From assembly GCF_902459465.1 (NCBI RefSeq), contig NC_047066.1, forward strand, positions 9,238,001-9,302,000: a stretch of 64,000 nt of DNA, given 5' to 3'. Made by a program: the position numbers and the translations under genes. The stretch comes from Asterias rubens. Its lineage: Eukaryota. Positions 21,774-34,400 of this stretch are shown here, piece by piece (positions within the stretch are counted from its first letter, which is position 1; every line of letters starts with the position of its first letter). The notes below the pieces were generated by a model that did no database searches, was not told where the DNA came from, and worked only from the letters and a program-made list of their open reading frames with translations.

Positions 21774-22180
21774 ATGAGAAACACTGTAAAAAAGTTAAGT
21801 GTGATCGGCCATTTCCTCAATTGAAAAAGTTGCATGTCTGAATGTAAGTAAAACTGTAAATATTTGGTGAATAAAAGAGCCATCCTGCATTTATAACTGA
21901 GGTTTTCTTCTAAGTGGAGTGTGTACACATGCACATTGGAAGTTTGATTATTGGTAACAAAGGGAATATCATATTTTCCGATCACGATAGGAAAGTCCAT
22001 TCAGTTTATAAACTTTTTGACAATGACTGTTGAAATGTTTTTTTCTGATGTGAGTTAAGATTTGTGTTTGCATTCAAAACCATCTAAGATGACATTTGAT
22101 AAAAATTTACAGATTTTTTTGTGATTCAATTATGTACCATCTAGCATTACTTTGAACACTAGTGCTTTGAGGTACTTCAT

Positions 22181-22435
22181 GTGTCATGGTCGAGCAGTTA
22201 TTATAGCGTCAGACCAAAGGTCTGGTGTTTCTGATCAGCAAAGTGTGGGTTCGGGTACTGGTCAAGGCACTAATGGCTTGACCAAGATATTTTACCATTG
22301 TTTTTTTGTCCTTTAGTAGATGGGACAGTAAGCTGTAGCCCCGGTGAACTAGGATTGCTAGTGCATGTAAAAGAACCCATAACACTTAACGTGATAGAGT
22401 GTCAGGTTTTGACCCCAGTGTTTCTGGTTCACATT
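22181..22435 (+). mobile_element. tRNA-derived SINE copy
   Basis: Degenerate tRNA-Leu-like head and shared body. Confidence 0.72.
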
Positions 22436-22619
22436 GTAAGCACCCTTGTTTACAGGTTTCCTCGGGCATGAGAGCTACAGTGATTAAGCTCACTTATTAG
22501 TCATCATTGGTTCCATTACAAGAAATATAATAGTAATATCAGTGTATCTTTACATCTCTTCATTGTCAATTAAAGGTTTCAAAATACTTGGTTTTTTTGT
22601 TTTGTTTTTCGATTTTTAG

Positions 22620-24071
22620 AATCCAGTGACATACAGCAGCTTTGACTGCCTAACCGTCCCCCTTCCGGTGTCAGCGTTTGGCACATTGTCCCTGGAAAGT
22701 ATCCTAGCCAAGTTTACCCAGTCCGAATTAGTCCATGATGTTCAATGTACTGAATGTGCCAAGAAACTCACTAGCAGAACCAAACAGCCACCAAATAGGA
22801 AGCCAAAAAGCTCGGCTCAGAAACCACAATCGAGGAGAGATATCAAAAGAAGAATACGAAATTCGGTGACGACACCAGCAGTCACTTTACCGACCACCAC
22901 ACAGACTTCGGAGGTAGTGTCCGCTACTTCGGAAACTACTCCTGCATTATCAGGAATTAACTTGATGATCACACCCAAGATGCACTCTTCAATAGAAGTA
23001 ACGCCTACTTCCACATTAGCTCCAATCAATTGTGGAATAGCTCGGCCGGCAAGTGATCGAGGGTGTGGTGTCGTTTCGCCTTGTGGGAGGAGCCTCTCTG
23101 ATAAGGATTTGCATGCGAGAACGTCGCCCTCGGAAAAGGTTTCTAGCGATACGTCAAGCACTGGGTATGATACGGGCAGCTCAGGGCTAGAGGATCGCCA
23201 TGGGAACATCAATAATGGTTTGAATATTCAAAATCCATTTCAACAGGTTGGAGTTTCAGAGCTTACTTCAACTAGTTGTTGTGACAACGGTGGTTCCGTT
23301 GCTGAGATGGACTACTTATCAGAACCATCTATTAATGGTAGTGCGGAGGAGGGTGCTGTAAGTGAACACGAGAAAATCAGTAACCTACATTCAGAAAGAT
23401 CTGTTGAAAAAGGGGCATTGCAAGATTTAGACAAACCACAATATCTTAATGGTGGACAAATTTCAATTGAAAACCCAAAGAGCAGTTTACATAATTCCTG
23501 TACAAACGAATCAATGACACAGGAAGTTACAAAACTGTCGCCAGAATGCGCGTTAGCAAATGGCGTCCATGAGGACGTATCAGATAACATCAAGAATCGT
23601 AATTCTGCGCAAGCCTTGGAATCAAAACAAGAAATAAGAGTTAGCCATCAGGTGCCAACCACAAATCGGTCGATGCCAACTGGTGAACATGTAAACGGTA
23701 ATCACCCGACGGATCACCAGCGTTTAAATCAAGATATGGAAAGCGATTTCCGCAGCCATAATGATGCAGACTCCAGCGCAAATAGATCGTCACAGCAACC
23801 AGCCGACGAATCAGAGATTACTCCACCCAAATGTCATTCAACTCCAAAGACCTGCCCTCCAGCTCTCCAATCAGCATCCTCATCAGACAATCGGAGCATC
23901 ATCGTTTCAGGAGCCACGCCTACACCGAGTCAATCCGTGTTCGGTAAGATACCTGGTACGGACGGACCGCCGACCCTGACGCCATCAGATAGTATCACTA
24001 ATGACATCACTAATGAGGATTTATCACTGAAGTGTCGACGGATCTTCAGGAAGCAGCTTACTCTTGGAAAG
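22620..24071 (+). CDS. USP30: USP30 coding exon 6 (1452 nt): NPVTYSSFDCLTVPLP...VQCTECAKK + ~420-aa S/T/N-rich insert + RRIFRKQLTLGK
   Basis: Both ends align to conserved USP30 motifs (FDxLSL, CxxC, KQLxLGK). The frame is open throughout; ttttag acceptor, GTAGTG donor. Confidence 0.92.
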
Positions 24072-24361
24072 GTAGTGTTAATTGGTCGAGAGGAAATTAC
24101 TCGGTTATTTATCCTTCAGGTTGAAGATCTTGCGGCTTGGGGTGGAAGTGATTGTTATTAGGGGGGCGGGGTATCATTGTCTAGTCGTGGGGTATTCTTT
24201 TCTGTCCTAAAGAAACTTTTTACTTGACATCTGTTTAACCTTCTATGCCCTGAGCAATTTCACTGGAATCCTTCCTCACTCTGTAACAAAATCTATCATC
24301 AATGTTCGTGTAACTCAACACCCACTCTTGTGGATGCTGATTATACGTACGTGTAATGTCT

Positions 24362-24540
24362 CTGGCCTGGAACTACATGTACGCAGAGGCCACCAAAGCA
24401 ATGGCCTCTGTTGCCCCTGGCCTCGGCCTTAGAGCCCCTTCAAAAGTGTCCCTTAGACTTTCAGATTTTACAATGAAAGTGCCCTTTGCAAAATGAAAAT
24501 GGCCTTGCCCTCTCAAAGATGAAGTTCCTGGTGGCCTGAT
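24362..24540. mobile_element. CAGGCCTGGAA-type MITE; relatives at ~1350-1472, 9247-9330, 40340-40452, 62510-62572
   Basis: Shared ttgcccctggtcttggccttg core and ggcctg ends. Confidence 0.65.
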
Positions 24541-25231
24541 GTCTGGTCCAATGTACATACATATATATGTGTACATGTTATGTAAAGCATAATCAGTTTA
24601 CTAGTGCAGTGTTCAGCCCAACATAAGCAAACCATGCTATTGGAGTTTGAAGAATTGAGGATAGTTACATTGAAAAGGGGCATGTAGGTCAAGTTGAGTT
24701 TTGTGCCACACTCATTTTTCAATAGAGGGTGTCCTTAATGAGAGTGGAAATACTAGTTACAATTCTCTAACCTCACGTTAAAACGATGTATTGGAAGTGG
24801 AATGTACACGTGTGTCTTTGCCAAACAGTTCAAGTGCACCAGGCTCAAGTTCTGGTGGCTAAGTCATCAGGATGTGGGTTCCACCACCCTTTCCTCTCTC
24901 CAATACCATTAATATTTGAAGCCCAACAATTATTTTGGTTATGGAATTGCACTGTAATAAGAACTGTTATTATCATATTCTTCCACTTACATGTAGTATC
25001 CCTAAATTAATTTTTTTTTTTTTTTTTTGGAAAAATAGGCCAATTGCATGAATTGCAACTAATTATGGTTTGGTTGGACGTGTCAATGTTTACCACAAAA
25101 AAGTAAGGATGGATAGGGGGTGGTGATTGTTGTTTGAGGGGGTCATTGACCTAAATTTTGCTCAGAGATGTCATGTAGTTATACAATTAAAGGAATTTTA
25201 ATTTAAAACACCGGAATGTTTCTTTTCCTAG

Positions 25232-25461
25232 CTGCCACAATGCCTTTGCATCCATCTCCAACGCGTGACATGGCTTTCGAATGGTCTCCCCTCGAGGCGT
25301 GAAGAGCACATTATCTTCCCAGAGTACCTGGACATGAGCCTCTACAAACAGACAACCGCTGTCAACTACACAGCTCAAACTACTACAGCCCAGAGTAGAG
25401 TCAAGTTACTTAGACTGCTCTCGGAGGAGGAACCAATGACGTCCCCACAGCCACCGCAAAG
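25232..25461 (+). CDS. USP30: USP30 coding exon 7: LPQCLCIHLQRVTWLSNGLPSRREEHIIFPEYLDMSLYK...
   Basis: LPQCLCIHLQR is essentially the vertebrate USP30 sequence; cctag acceptor, GTATTG donor, phase 0-2. Confidence 0.96.
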
Positions 25462-27194
25462 GTATTGGAATACTGCCGGTTGTTTTTGTGAATTACATTT
25501 ATAGTGATGTGACTGGTGACTGGTGACTCGTACATGTACTTGGAATATTTTGAGTTGTATTTTTTTATGACTTTCATTCTGAACCGAGTCCGGATGGTCT
25601 TGGACTTGGACTCGAGAGTATTTTTACTGGGACTTTGGGACTTCAATTAATCAACAATTGGTGAAAAAAAGGTATTGAACAATTATAAAGTACAATTATT
25701 TTGAAGTCAAAGAAAGTCGAGAACATTTCAAGAAAATAAATCAATCAAAACTCATCCGTTCACTTTGTAATTCTGTTTCATTGAACTGATTATACCCTGT
25801 ATCTCTGCCTAAGTTAGCCAATTTATAATGTCAATGTTGTATAGATATGTTGTACTTTCTTATGTAGTTGTATTTATATTTTGCTTGTACAGCGCCATGA
25901 GCCTCATGCCTGACGGACCTGAGCGCTGTATAAGGGGCCAATACTATAGTTTATTATTGATGAAAATTAAATGAAAAAAATATAATGTAATGGATGCAGA
26001 GCAAACCAATATGGGGGCATTTAAAGAAGCCAGACAGATGTTTTTTTTAAATGCCTGACACATACAAAACAAAAGCAACAAACAAACAAAAATTAACAAT
26101 CAAACAGAGCGAAACAAAGAGGACTAAGACCCAACAGCGAAATTGAATTTATATGAAAATACTATTTGAAAATACTATGTGTTCTTACAAATTAGTTGAA
26201 AAAGCGAATGTACCATTTTGAATGGCTACTACTGTTGCGGCTTCAGCGTTTCATTCACACTGCAACCAGTCTCCTACTACGTGTACATTGTTTGTGGATT
26301 ACATTAAGTGTTTTGATTTGTAACTCAAGTACATTTCAAGTCATATTTTTCGATACCTCTGACTTTGACCTGAGTCACTGTTGGTCAATGACTCGGAAGT
26401 GACTATTTTGACTCAGACTTTGGATTCGAACAGAAAGCAAAATGCTAATTGTTTAAAGCTATACAGTTCTTGCAAAACTTTAAGATAGGTGAAAATGGTG
26501 AATGTTCATTCCTCGAGTAGCTACCACATTTATTCATTGTTTTGTTTTAAAATCCTTCTCATTTTTTCACAACTTTATACATTTTTAAAACTGTTTTTCA
26601 GATGTCCAGACCACATGGTTTATCTCAGGAAGTGTAAAATTGTGACAGTTGGGGTGAACTGTTGCTTTTTTTCTGAATTATTTTTAATAGTATTTTTGTT
26701 TGTAGTTAATAGTATAATTCCCCTGTGTGGAAGACAAAATTAATTTTTAAGCTGGCGGAGGAAGTTTGTCATATTTAGACAGGAAATTTGTTTATTGTGA
26801 CCGTTTTATTAATTCTGGAAATTATATTATAACTTTCCTTTGAACTGTTGGTGAAAATTTTTCCTTTGAACTGTTGGTGAACAGCCTAATTTCATAGAGC
26901 TGTTTAACAGATGATTTTGTGCATACTGGTGGAAGATTATGTCGATTTGGGACACTTTAACTTGGCATCACATGGTTACAAAAATAATTTGTTCATTTTG
27001 ACATTTCACCGTCCTAAAATAGGCATCCTTATTTGAAGGTTTTCTTTCAACATTTTCATTTAGCACAGGACCTGTTTTTTAAAGTGGTTTACAAAGAACT
27101 TGAGGATGAACAAGCCTGTAGGAACAGTTGGAATGAAGTTTGACTGGTCCTTGTTTGGTGGTATTTGGTGGTTTTTTTACGGTATAATAACAAG

Positions 27195-27480
27195 CATTAT
27201 ATACACAGAATACATAAAAGAATTCAAAAGCAATGACCCAACGCATGGAGGCACCATGTATTGGGCTTGAAATGCACAATGATAAACGACAATGGCCATG
27301 CTTAAAGGTTTTTAAAATTAAATTGGTTTTACATGTATATTGAGAATAAAAAATACACAGAACACATACAGGAACACAAAAGCAATTAATGACCCAATGC
27401 ATGGAGGCATCAAGTATCGGCTTGAAATGCACAATAATAAACGGCAATGGCCACTGTACTTAGAGGTTTTAAAAATTAAA
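27195..27480. repeat. ~153-bp tandem duplication just upstream of the probable USP30 exon 8
   Basis: atacacagaa.acata and gcatggaggca..ggcttgaaatgcacaat each occur twice. Confidence 0.85.
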
Positions 27481-27499
27481 CTTTTGTATGCACTTGCAG

Positions 27500-27679
27500 G
27501 AAGGCTAGTCATGGTTTCATTGGAAGCAACTTCTTGGCAGAGAGTGGAAGCAAGTCCCCGGTCGGCGTTTCAGTACCTCAGTTGTCACCCAGAATATCCC
27601 AGCAGGCACCTGGGTTTCCTGTTGCGGAGGACGGAACAACGAGACTGGAGAGGATGGAGGGTGGAGTCTCAGGCCAAGG
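27500..27679 (+). CDS. USP30: Probable USP30 coding exon 8 (symmetric phase 2-2, 180 nt): KASHGFIGSNFLAESGSKSPVGVSVPQLSPRISQQAPGFPVAEDGTTRLERMEGGVSGQ
   Basis: GC-rich island bounded by ttgcag and GG|GTAACA. In frame with both neighbours, with no stop. Falls in a region that is variable in USP30. Confidence 0.7.
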
Positions 27680-28017
27680 GTAACAAGTTACAAAATCTAA
27701 AAATAATGTTTTTTCTGAACACGTACCCAAAGCTCCTTGAAGTGAGTACAAGGATCTTTCCCTGCTCTTAACAAAATCAAACACCATAATTAACTCAACA
27801 CCTGAACTGTAAAAAACTCTGATTATGGTGGTCACTTGGGATTGTACATAAAAATGTCAAGTGCGGTCGCCAGTCCAACAGGACGAGAGTCAAATAGGAC
27901 TAGAACAAATGTGCAGAAGGAACCATTTACTTGAATTGGATTTGTTGGCATTGTTGACTTGCAAATGACAATTTAAACTTCAAAGTGAAACTGTCTCTAT
28001 ATATATTTTCCTTAAAG

Positions 28018-28237
28018 CTGGAGATCAGCTGACTCAATATACAGACTCGCCTCGGCAGTCGTCCACCAGGGAGACGCGTACTCCGGACACTTCCTAACAT
28101 TCAGAAGAGCGCCCTCTACTGGCACGGAACTCCTCAGTGACAACTGGCTGTGCGTCTCCGATGAGAGCGTCTACGCATCAACTAGGAAGGAAGTGTTCTC
28201 GCAGAAGGCTTACATGCTTTACTATCAGAGGATGTAG
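28018..28237 (+). CDS. USP30: USP30 last coding exon: ...YRLASAVVHQGDAYSGHFLTFRR...WLCVSDESV...KAYMLYYQRM*
   Basis: His box. The third catalytic position is Ser (VSD), as in USP30, rather than Asp/Asn. TAG at 28235-28237. Confidence 0.97.
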
Positions 28238-28605
28238 TCAGATCAAAGCTAATGAAGCTTTGGAAGTTATCGTTCAATTATGTGAAGACAAAAGTAACTA
28301 ATTAAATTATTTCAGGAGTCGGCTTTGATTTAGTTATCTTTTCAAACGAGACAAAGCTCTCTTTTTGTTTTTTGTTTACGGACGGAGAACTTTTCATAGA
28401 TAGAGATTTCAACTTATGACAGATTGAGGCTTTGCTTGTTGGAAGATTGTATTTTTTTTTTTAAATATCACTGGCGCTAGGTTGGATTAGGCGTTTGTCA
28501 TGTTTGTTTTCCTTATAGTGCAGATGACTTGATGGCTCATCAAACCTTGAACTTCGTTCTTGAAGGGCAATGCAATTATCCTCTGGTAAGGGGGAAGGTC
28601 TATGA

Positions 28606-28970
28606 GGGCGTCGTGGCCGAGCGGATAAGAGCACCAAACTCAAGCCTTGGTGCTTCTGTTAAGCAGAGTGTGGGTTCGAATCCAGGTCGTGACACTTGTG
28701 TCCTTGAGCAAGACACTTAACTATAATTGCTTCTCTCCACCCAGGGGTAAATGGGTACCTGTGAGGGCAGAGATGGTTCTTGTAATTTATTTATCCGAGT
28801 AGCGCATATTAATGTTGCACAGGCTGTATACTCCCCACCAGGGAGCTGAGATGGTTTTAGCAGTTATTTAAGGCCCAGTGACCAGGGGTAATAATGTGAA
28901 GCGCTTTGGGACGCCCTTTGGGTGTGAAAAGTGCTATATAAAAACTGGTTATTATTGTTATTATTATTAT
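28606..28970 (+). mobile_element. Full-length tRNA-Leu-derived SINE with a central gtgtccttgagcaagacacttaac / cacccaggggtaaatgggtacc domain and (TTA)n tail
   Basis: A/B boxes, conserved central domain (V/Meta-SINE-like) and microsatellite tail; sister copy at 53321-53668. Confidence 0.88.
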
Positions 28971-29077
28971 GAGGAAAATGTAAATTTGTGTTTGAACTTT
29001 GCAGAGGGTACCACTTCAGCACAGTGTACCACTGATTTTGCTACGGGTGTTGTGGGTTATTTTGAGGGCCTGTCACA

Positions 29078-29230
29078 TAGTCCTTATCGCAAATACTTGG
29101 TACGCACACAATAGACGTGTAATGAGGTGCAAGCTGGTCTAGCTAGCTATCAAATTCGATTACTAGCTAGACCAGCATGCACCTCATTCAACAGTTTGCG
29201 CTTGCGCAATGGTATTTGCGAAAAGGTCTA
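29078..29230. mobile_element. TA-ended foldback MITE (153 bp)
   Basis: TIR tag.cctt.tcgcaaatac; internal hairpin gctggtctagctag...ctagctagaccagc. Confidence 0.75.
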
Positions 29231-29709
29231 AGGTTACCAAAGAACCCAAAAAGCCAGGTTTATTCGGTTTGACAACTCATCACCCTAAAATTATGCATCC
29301 ATCGAATCCATTCGAATCCAGCTTGTTGAAATTAATAATATAAGAATAATAAAATAATATGAATAGTTATAATGCGCCGGTATCCATCAAAAAGATGCTC
29401 ATGGCGCAGTTAACTGGAAATACGAAACTGAAGAAATTAACTACATGTATGTATACATAGCAACAGAACACGTGTTATGGGCTTAAGTGAACAACGCTTA
29501 AAAAGTTTCCTTTAAACTACTCACAGAAGATATGTTGCCAATGTTTTGAGGAAGTTTGTTCCAAAGAAGAGGACCATCATTTGAGAATGATTCCCCCAGG
29601 TGTTGTGAGTGAGAGAGACAACAAACACGGACAAATCTGTAGATCAAAGGCTCTGAGCTGGCTTTAAATGCAGAGTCTGAAATTGTGAAATTGTTTCTTA
29701 AAAATGTAT

Positions 29710-29863
29710 GTAGGATTTGAAACTTTGCATGGTGGAAATACGATATAGAAAGGTTTGCGGTAACGCCATGTAATGACTATCTCTAATGAGTTGGGGTGGT
29801 CTTGAAAAGAACCGTTGGTTTCAACTCGACGTTTCGATTGTGCTCCGATTGTCTTCTGGAGAA
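29710..29863 (-). mobile_element. Second copy of the Penelope-like hammerhead-bearing element
   Basis: Reverse complement of 9521-9678; CAGAAGA...GAAACGTC is retained. Confidence 0.7.
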
Positions 29864-30405
29864 AGCTTCTATATAAAAAATGTATGGTTATAGAGGATAA
29901 TTCAGATTTAATTTGTTCCACTTGAGACTCAGAAACGCAAAAATAAAATACAATTCTTGAAGGCAAACTGTTTTTTTTTATGACTTTCATTTTTTATTTA
30001 CATTGAACATGTTGAAGTCACTCTGATTGAGGTATACGGCTGTACAAATAGTAAACACAATAAGAACTGTACAAATCAATGATTCAAATGTGTAGATCAA
30101 GTTACATTCAAATGTCAAAGGTCAAAGCTGAGTCCAAGAGCACCAACTGGTGTCGTCCCCCCCCCCCGGCAACCAACTTTTACATAAAACTAAAAAATAT
30201 TGCTTAGATTTACTTCCTTTACAGCACATTATGTAATCAAGTCCAGACATGAACATGACTTTCTTTGCCTTAAAACTCTTTTTTTTGGACCAATAGCATA
30301 AAACATCTCGACAGAAAGTTTGCTCAACATAAAATCATTTGCAAATCAAAGGTTGTGATAACTGAATCACATAAAGTTAGCTGTTGTCACCACACATGAC
30401 AAGTT

Positions 30406-30791
30406 TTAAAGGCAGTGGACACTATTGGTAATTGTCTAAGACTAGCCTTCACAGTTGGTGTATCACAACATATGCATAAAATAACAAACCTGTGAAAATT
30501 TGAGCTCAATCGGTTGCCGAAGTTGCGAGATAATGAAAGAAAAAACACCCTTGTCACACGAAGTTGGGTGCGTTTAGATGGTTGATTTCGAGACCTCAAG
30601 TTCTAATATCTGAGGTCTCGAAATCAAATTCATGGAAAATTACTTCTTTCTCAAAAACTACGGCACATCAGAGGGTGCCGTTTCTCACAATGTTTTATAC
30701 CATGAACCTCTCCCCATTATACTCGTCACCAAGTAAGGTTTTATGCTAATAATTATTTTGAGTAATTACCAATAGTGTCCACTGCCTTGAA
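30406..30791. mobile_element. Family-1 TTAA MITE
   Basis: ttaaaggcagtggacactattggtaatt ... aattaccaatagtgtccactgcct. Confidence 0.88.
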
Positions 30792-30904
30792 GACTATAGC
30801 AAGATAGCTTGTGGTGCCTACATGTAAGCCTTGTATTCACAGAAGACGAGGTGTTTCAACATTCACCAAATTTAACGAATATTTACTTTATCGAATGAAA
30901 CCTT

Positions 30905-31430
30905 ATGATGCCTCTACTTATACAAGTACTTGCAACACTTTCTTCCCAACACACGATGAGGTTTGACTCTTCAGCACAATACCTCAAAATGTCTCAACTC
31001 TACGTATATTCAAGTACTCGGATAACGTGAGGTTTGTTCACAACACACGATACCTCAATTTTCATGAACTTATACAAGTACTCACAGAGAGTGAGGTGTT
31101 AGAACATTTTATTCCCAACACACAAAGAGGTTTGACTTTAACTGCATCCTACCTCATGATACCTCAACCCCATACTAATATTCAGATAACGTGAGGTTTT
31201 GCAACAGTTTGTTGATACCTGGATGATGCCTCAACCCTATACAAGTACTCAAAGAAAGTGAGGTTTTCCCAACCAACCGTTTTTTTTTTCATAACACATG
31301 GTGAGGTTTGACTTTAACTGCATGATACCTCATGGTGCCTCAACCCTTTTCAAGTACTCGCCTGAAGTGAAGTGAACACTTTATTCCCAACACACGACGA
31401 CGAGGTCCGACTCTAACCGCATAATTCCCA
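30905..31430. repeat. Decayed ~165-175-bp tandem repeat built from GAGGT-N18/19-ACCTC subunits
   Basis: GAGGT at 30958, 31029, 31093, 31127, 31193, 31260, 31303 and 31402; recurring caagtactc and cccaacacac. Confidence 0.75.
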
Positions 31431-34400
31431 TGTCAACATTCAAGCATCTAATCTGATGAGTCAGTGCCTATGACAGTTATAACCATGAAATATGCACACC
31501 TTACTACAATCAGCAATGGGGGGGGGGGGTGTTTCCCCTCCAGTAGTTTCCTAACTATGAGACGATGACAGACAATGCTCGTCATAGTCTCACATTAGCT
31601 CAGTGTGACGGCCGTTTGTAGCACCTCTACACATGCGCACCCAATTCTTCTTAACCGGTAGAGTTTGGCGTTGTGCCGAGGCGTGAGAAATACTACCTCA
31701 GCTGATTTTCCCTTTTCTATTCTTCCCCTTTCTCTTTTTTTTTTCTTTCTCCCTCAACAAGATAAAATTGATTGACTTTCAGAGCGGATACTGAGATGTA
31801 CAGGTGCATGTTTGTCTGATGACTGTTTTTTTTTCTTTCAACATTTCAACAAACGTTCTTTTTAGTAGAGGCATTTAAAGACTAGAAAATTTTCGCTTGC
31901 ATTTTATTATTGCAAATCTCATGTGCACACACCCTCGCTTGTATATGCCTGCAACCATGAACCTCCTATTGTCCCTCTTTTGTAGTACTCTAACCTTTTT
32001 TACAACAACTCCCATTGGTTTTATACACGTTTTCCAACTGTGAACCTTTCCCGAACCGTGGACCCTATTGATCCATTTCACCTGACGTCAGAAAAATCTT
32101 GAATGCGCCATACTGGTGGGCAATTTCTCTGTGCGTTTTCATATATAATTCTATGCATAGAGTATGCTGTGCGTTATGCAGTGAGGTGCGCATTTTAGGC
32201 GACGCGGCGTTAATACACGTAAACCTAACTTGCCCACCAACATGGTGAGCGTGGCACCAGTCGCCGCGTGCGAGGCGCTCGTAAGGGGTCAATTGTCCTC
32301 TTTTGTTATAGATCCCCGGTTTGAATGTGTATGCATGTACATACCCACACACCCACTGTGCAGGGCAACTTTTGAGCTGTCAATGTTAAACTGTGCCCTA
32401 TGCCAGGGTTAGTGGCATTTGATACATGTACTTTGCATGGTGGGAGTATAATCAGGTGAGGTTTGCAGTAGCACCATGTGTACATCTTTTTGAGTAGTGT
32501 TAAAATCAATCATAACAAAAAATAGCAACCACGGCACTATTTCCACCATTTTGGTCAGACATAAAAAACAACTACAATCCAGTAAACTGTAATGGTTCCC
32601 ATCCTTTATCTCCACATTTGATCAATCTTATAGCATCTACAGTACAATTACAAATTATGTAACAGTCTCAATTTGTCCATAACTTCTTGTTCCCTTTTAC
32701 TTACTCTGTTCATATTTCACAAAAATACACTTAATTTAATATTTACAGGTAAATTACCACATGTTGATGCAGTTTGTAAACAACAGTTCCTGTTTAATAA
32801 GAAGTCTCTATAAGCAATTATTACTATTTTCTTTTAAAGTACACTTGTTATACAAAGTAATTTAAATGTAGTCATCTTATTTTTCTTTAAAAAAAAAAGG
32901 AAACATAGCCAACATAACCTGTTTGTAACTTCAGTCAGTCAACAGAAGACATAGTATGGCCTTATCCAACTTTGCGGCACTACAGGCTTGATTGTGAATA
33001 AGTGTGGGAGTTTCGGATGCCCAAAGCAACCCACTTGGCAACAGCTGCATCCATAGCCAAATCTGCCAATCCGGACATGGCCCAAGACCGTGAGTGGACT
33101 ACACTGCCGACCTCTTGACCCTTGCATACATTACTCCAGAGTGGTCTTGCTTTGGCGAGGCTAGTTTCTTTCAAATTTAGTCACCGATAGTAGGTGCTGT
33201 GCAACATCAACTGTCTAGGAGGGACTGGGCAAGTCTATGAATATTTGATCTTGATACAGAAGTTTGTTTGATACAATCTCTTCTCCATTAAGTGGTATTG
33301 CGATATCGACAACCCTACATTAATGACATGAACGTGTCAAGACTAACACCACAGACTGCCGGACAAACCAATCCATCACCATGTACCTTTAAGCCTTATA
33401 CACACTTAGCTATATGTGATGGACAAGTCAACAAGTATGTTATATGTAGCTTGAAAAAATATTATGCTCTAAAAACCACACGATAACCCTGACAGACAAA
33501 ACAAATCACATAAATTCCCCAAAATAGAACATTTTACTGTTAACAAGCTCCAATGCCAAGTACAGCTTATCTGTGGTTTTGGGGCTGACTTGCACTCTAC
33601 CTTACAAACACCAAACCACAGAACTTATAAAACTTAGGCACCGACATGTTCACCAACTTCCAACAACTCTTTCACAAACAGCTCCTCCAGGGCTTTTGTT
33701 GAGGAGCGTTTCTGTCGGCACAGGATGCGTTTGAAGTCAATTTCCCAAGCAATTTTTTTACAAGTTTAACCTCCTACATTATTGTTATGAATCAGTGCTG
33801 TTTGTTCATCCTCGGGGTGTTTATGCAAATTTGCAACATTGGGGGTCCAGAGAAAAACACCCACTGGTGAATATACTTCAACATTTGGCAACAAAGCGGG
33901 AAATATTAATTGGTTATTGCCTGTATTAATGACGAGGGAAAATGTGGGCTACTGGTGAACGGCAAGGAAACAATCATTATCTGGAATTAAAATATGTGTA
34001 TATGAGGAGTTTCAATGCTTCAATGAAAAATGGAACAATTTTAAAAAGGTACAAACTTGTATTTATGGCAGCGGAACAGCTTTTTGGGGAGTAGATTAAT
34101 GCTGACAAAAATCCAACAGGGTTTGGGGGTAGATAATCCGAATGATTAAACAAAATCACAATTCATGAGTAAAGTTATTAAAAAAAAGTAGCATACTGGC
34201 ACCTAATTAATAAGAAAACCTGGTGTCCCTGAACAACATGCTCTGCTATCTTCTGAGACCAAACAATCACAAAATTCAAGTAACCATTACGATTGCACAT
34301 AATTCTCATGTTTGGTTAGTTGTTTATTTTGAGTTCACAGAACTCTCATGATATCAATTCTTCATGTCTTCTTTTACAGAAACCATTGCCGAAAGAACAT

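Noticed and set aside
22817-23979. Antisense and alternate-frame ORFs (131, 93 and 72 aa)
   Set aside because: Shadows of the long USP30 exon 6.
31453-31480. CTGATGA-GTCA/TGAC hammerhead-like start
   Set aside because: No GAAA after stem II and no stem I partner.
32939-33127. 62-aa Cys-containing ORF (..CSCCQVGC..) suggestive of an insulin/relaxin A chain or neuropeptide
   Set aside because: No signal peptide, wrong Cys spacing, an in-frame stop just upstream and no usable acceptor.
33670-33722. Hairpin gctcctc/gaggagc as a possible SECIS
   Set aside because: It lacks the RUGA/GA quartet at the right spacing, and there is no in-frame-UGA gene nearby.
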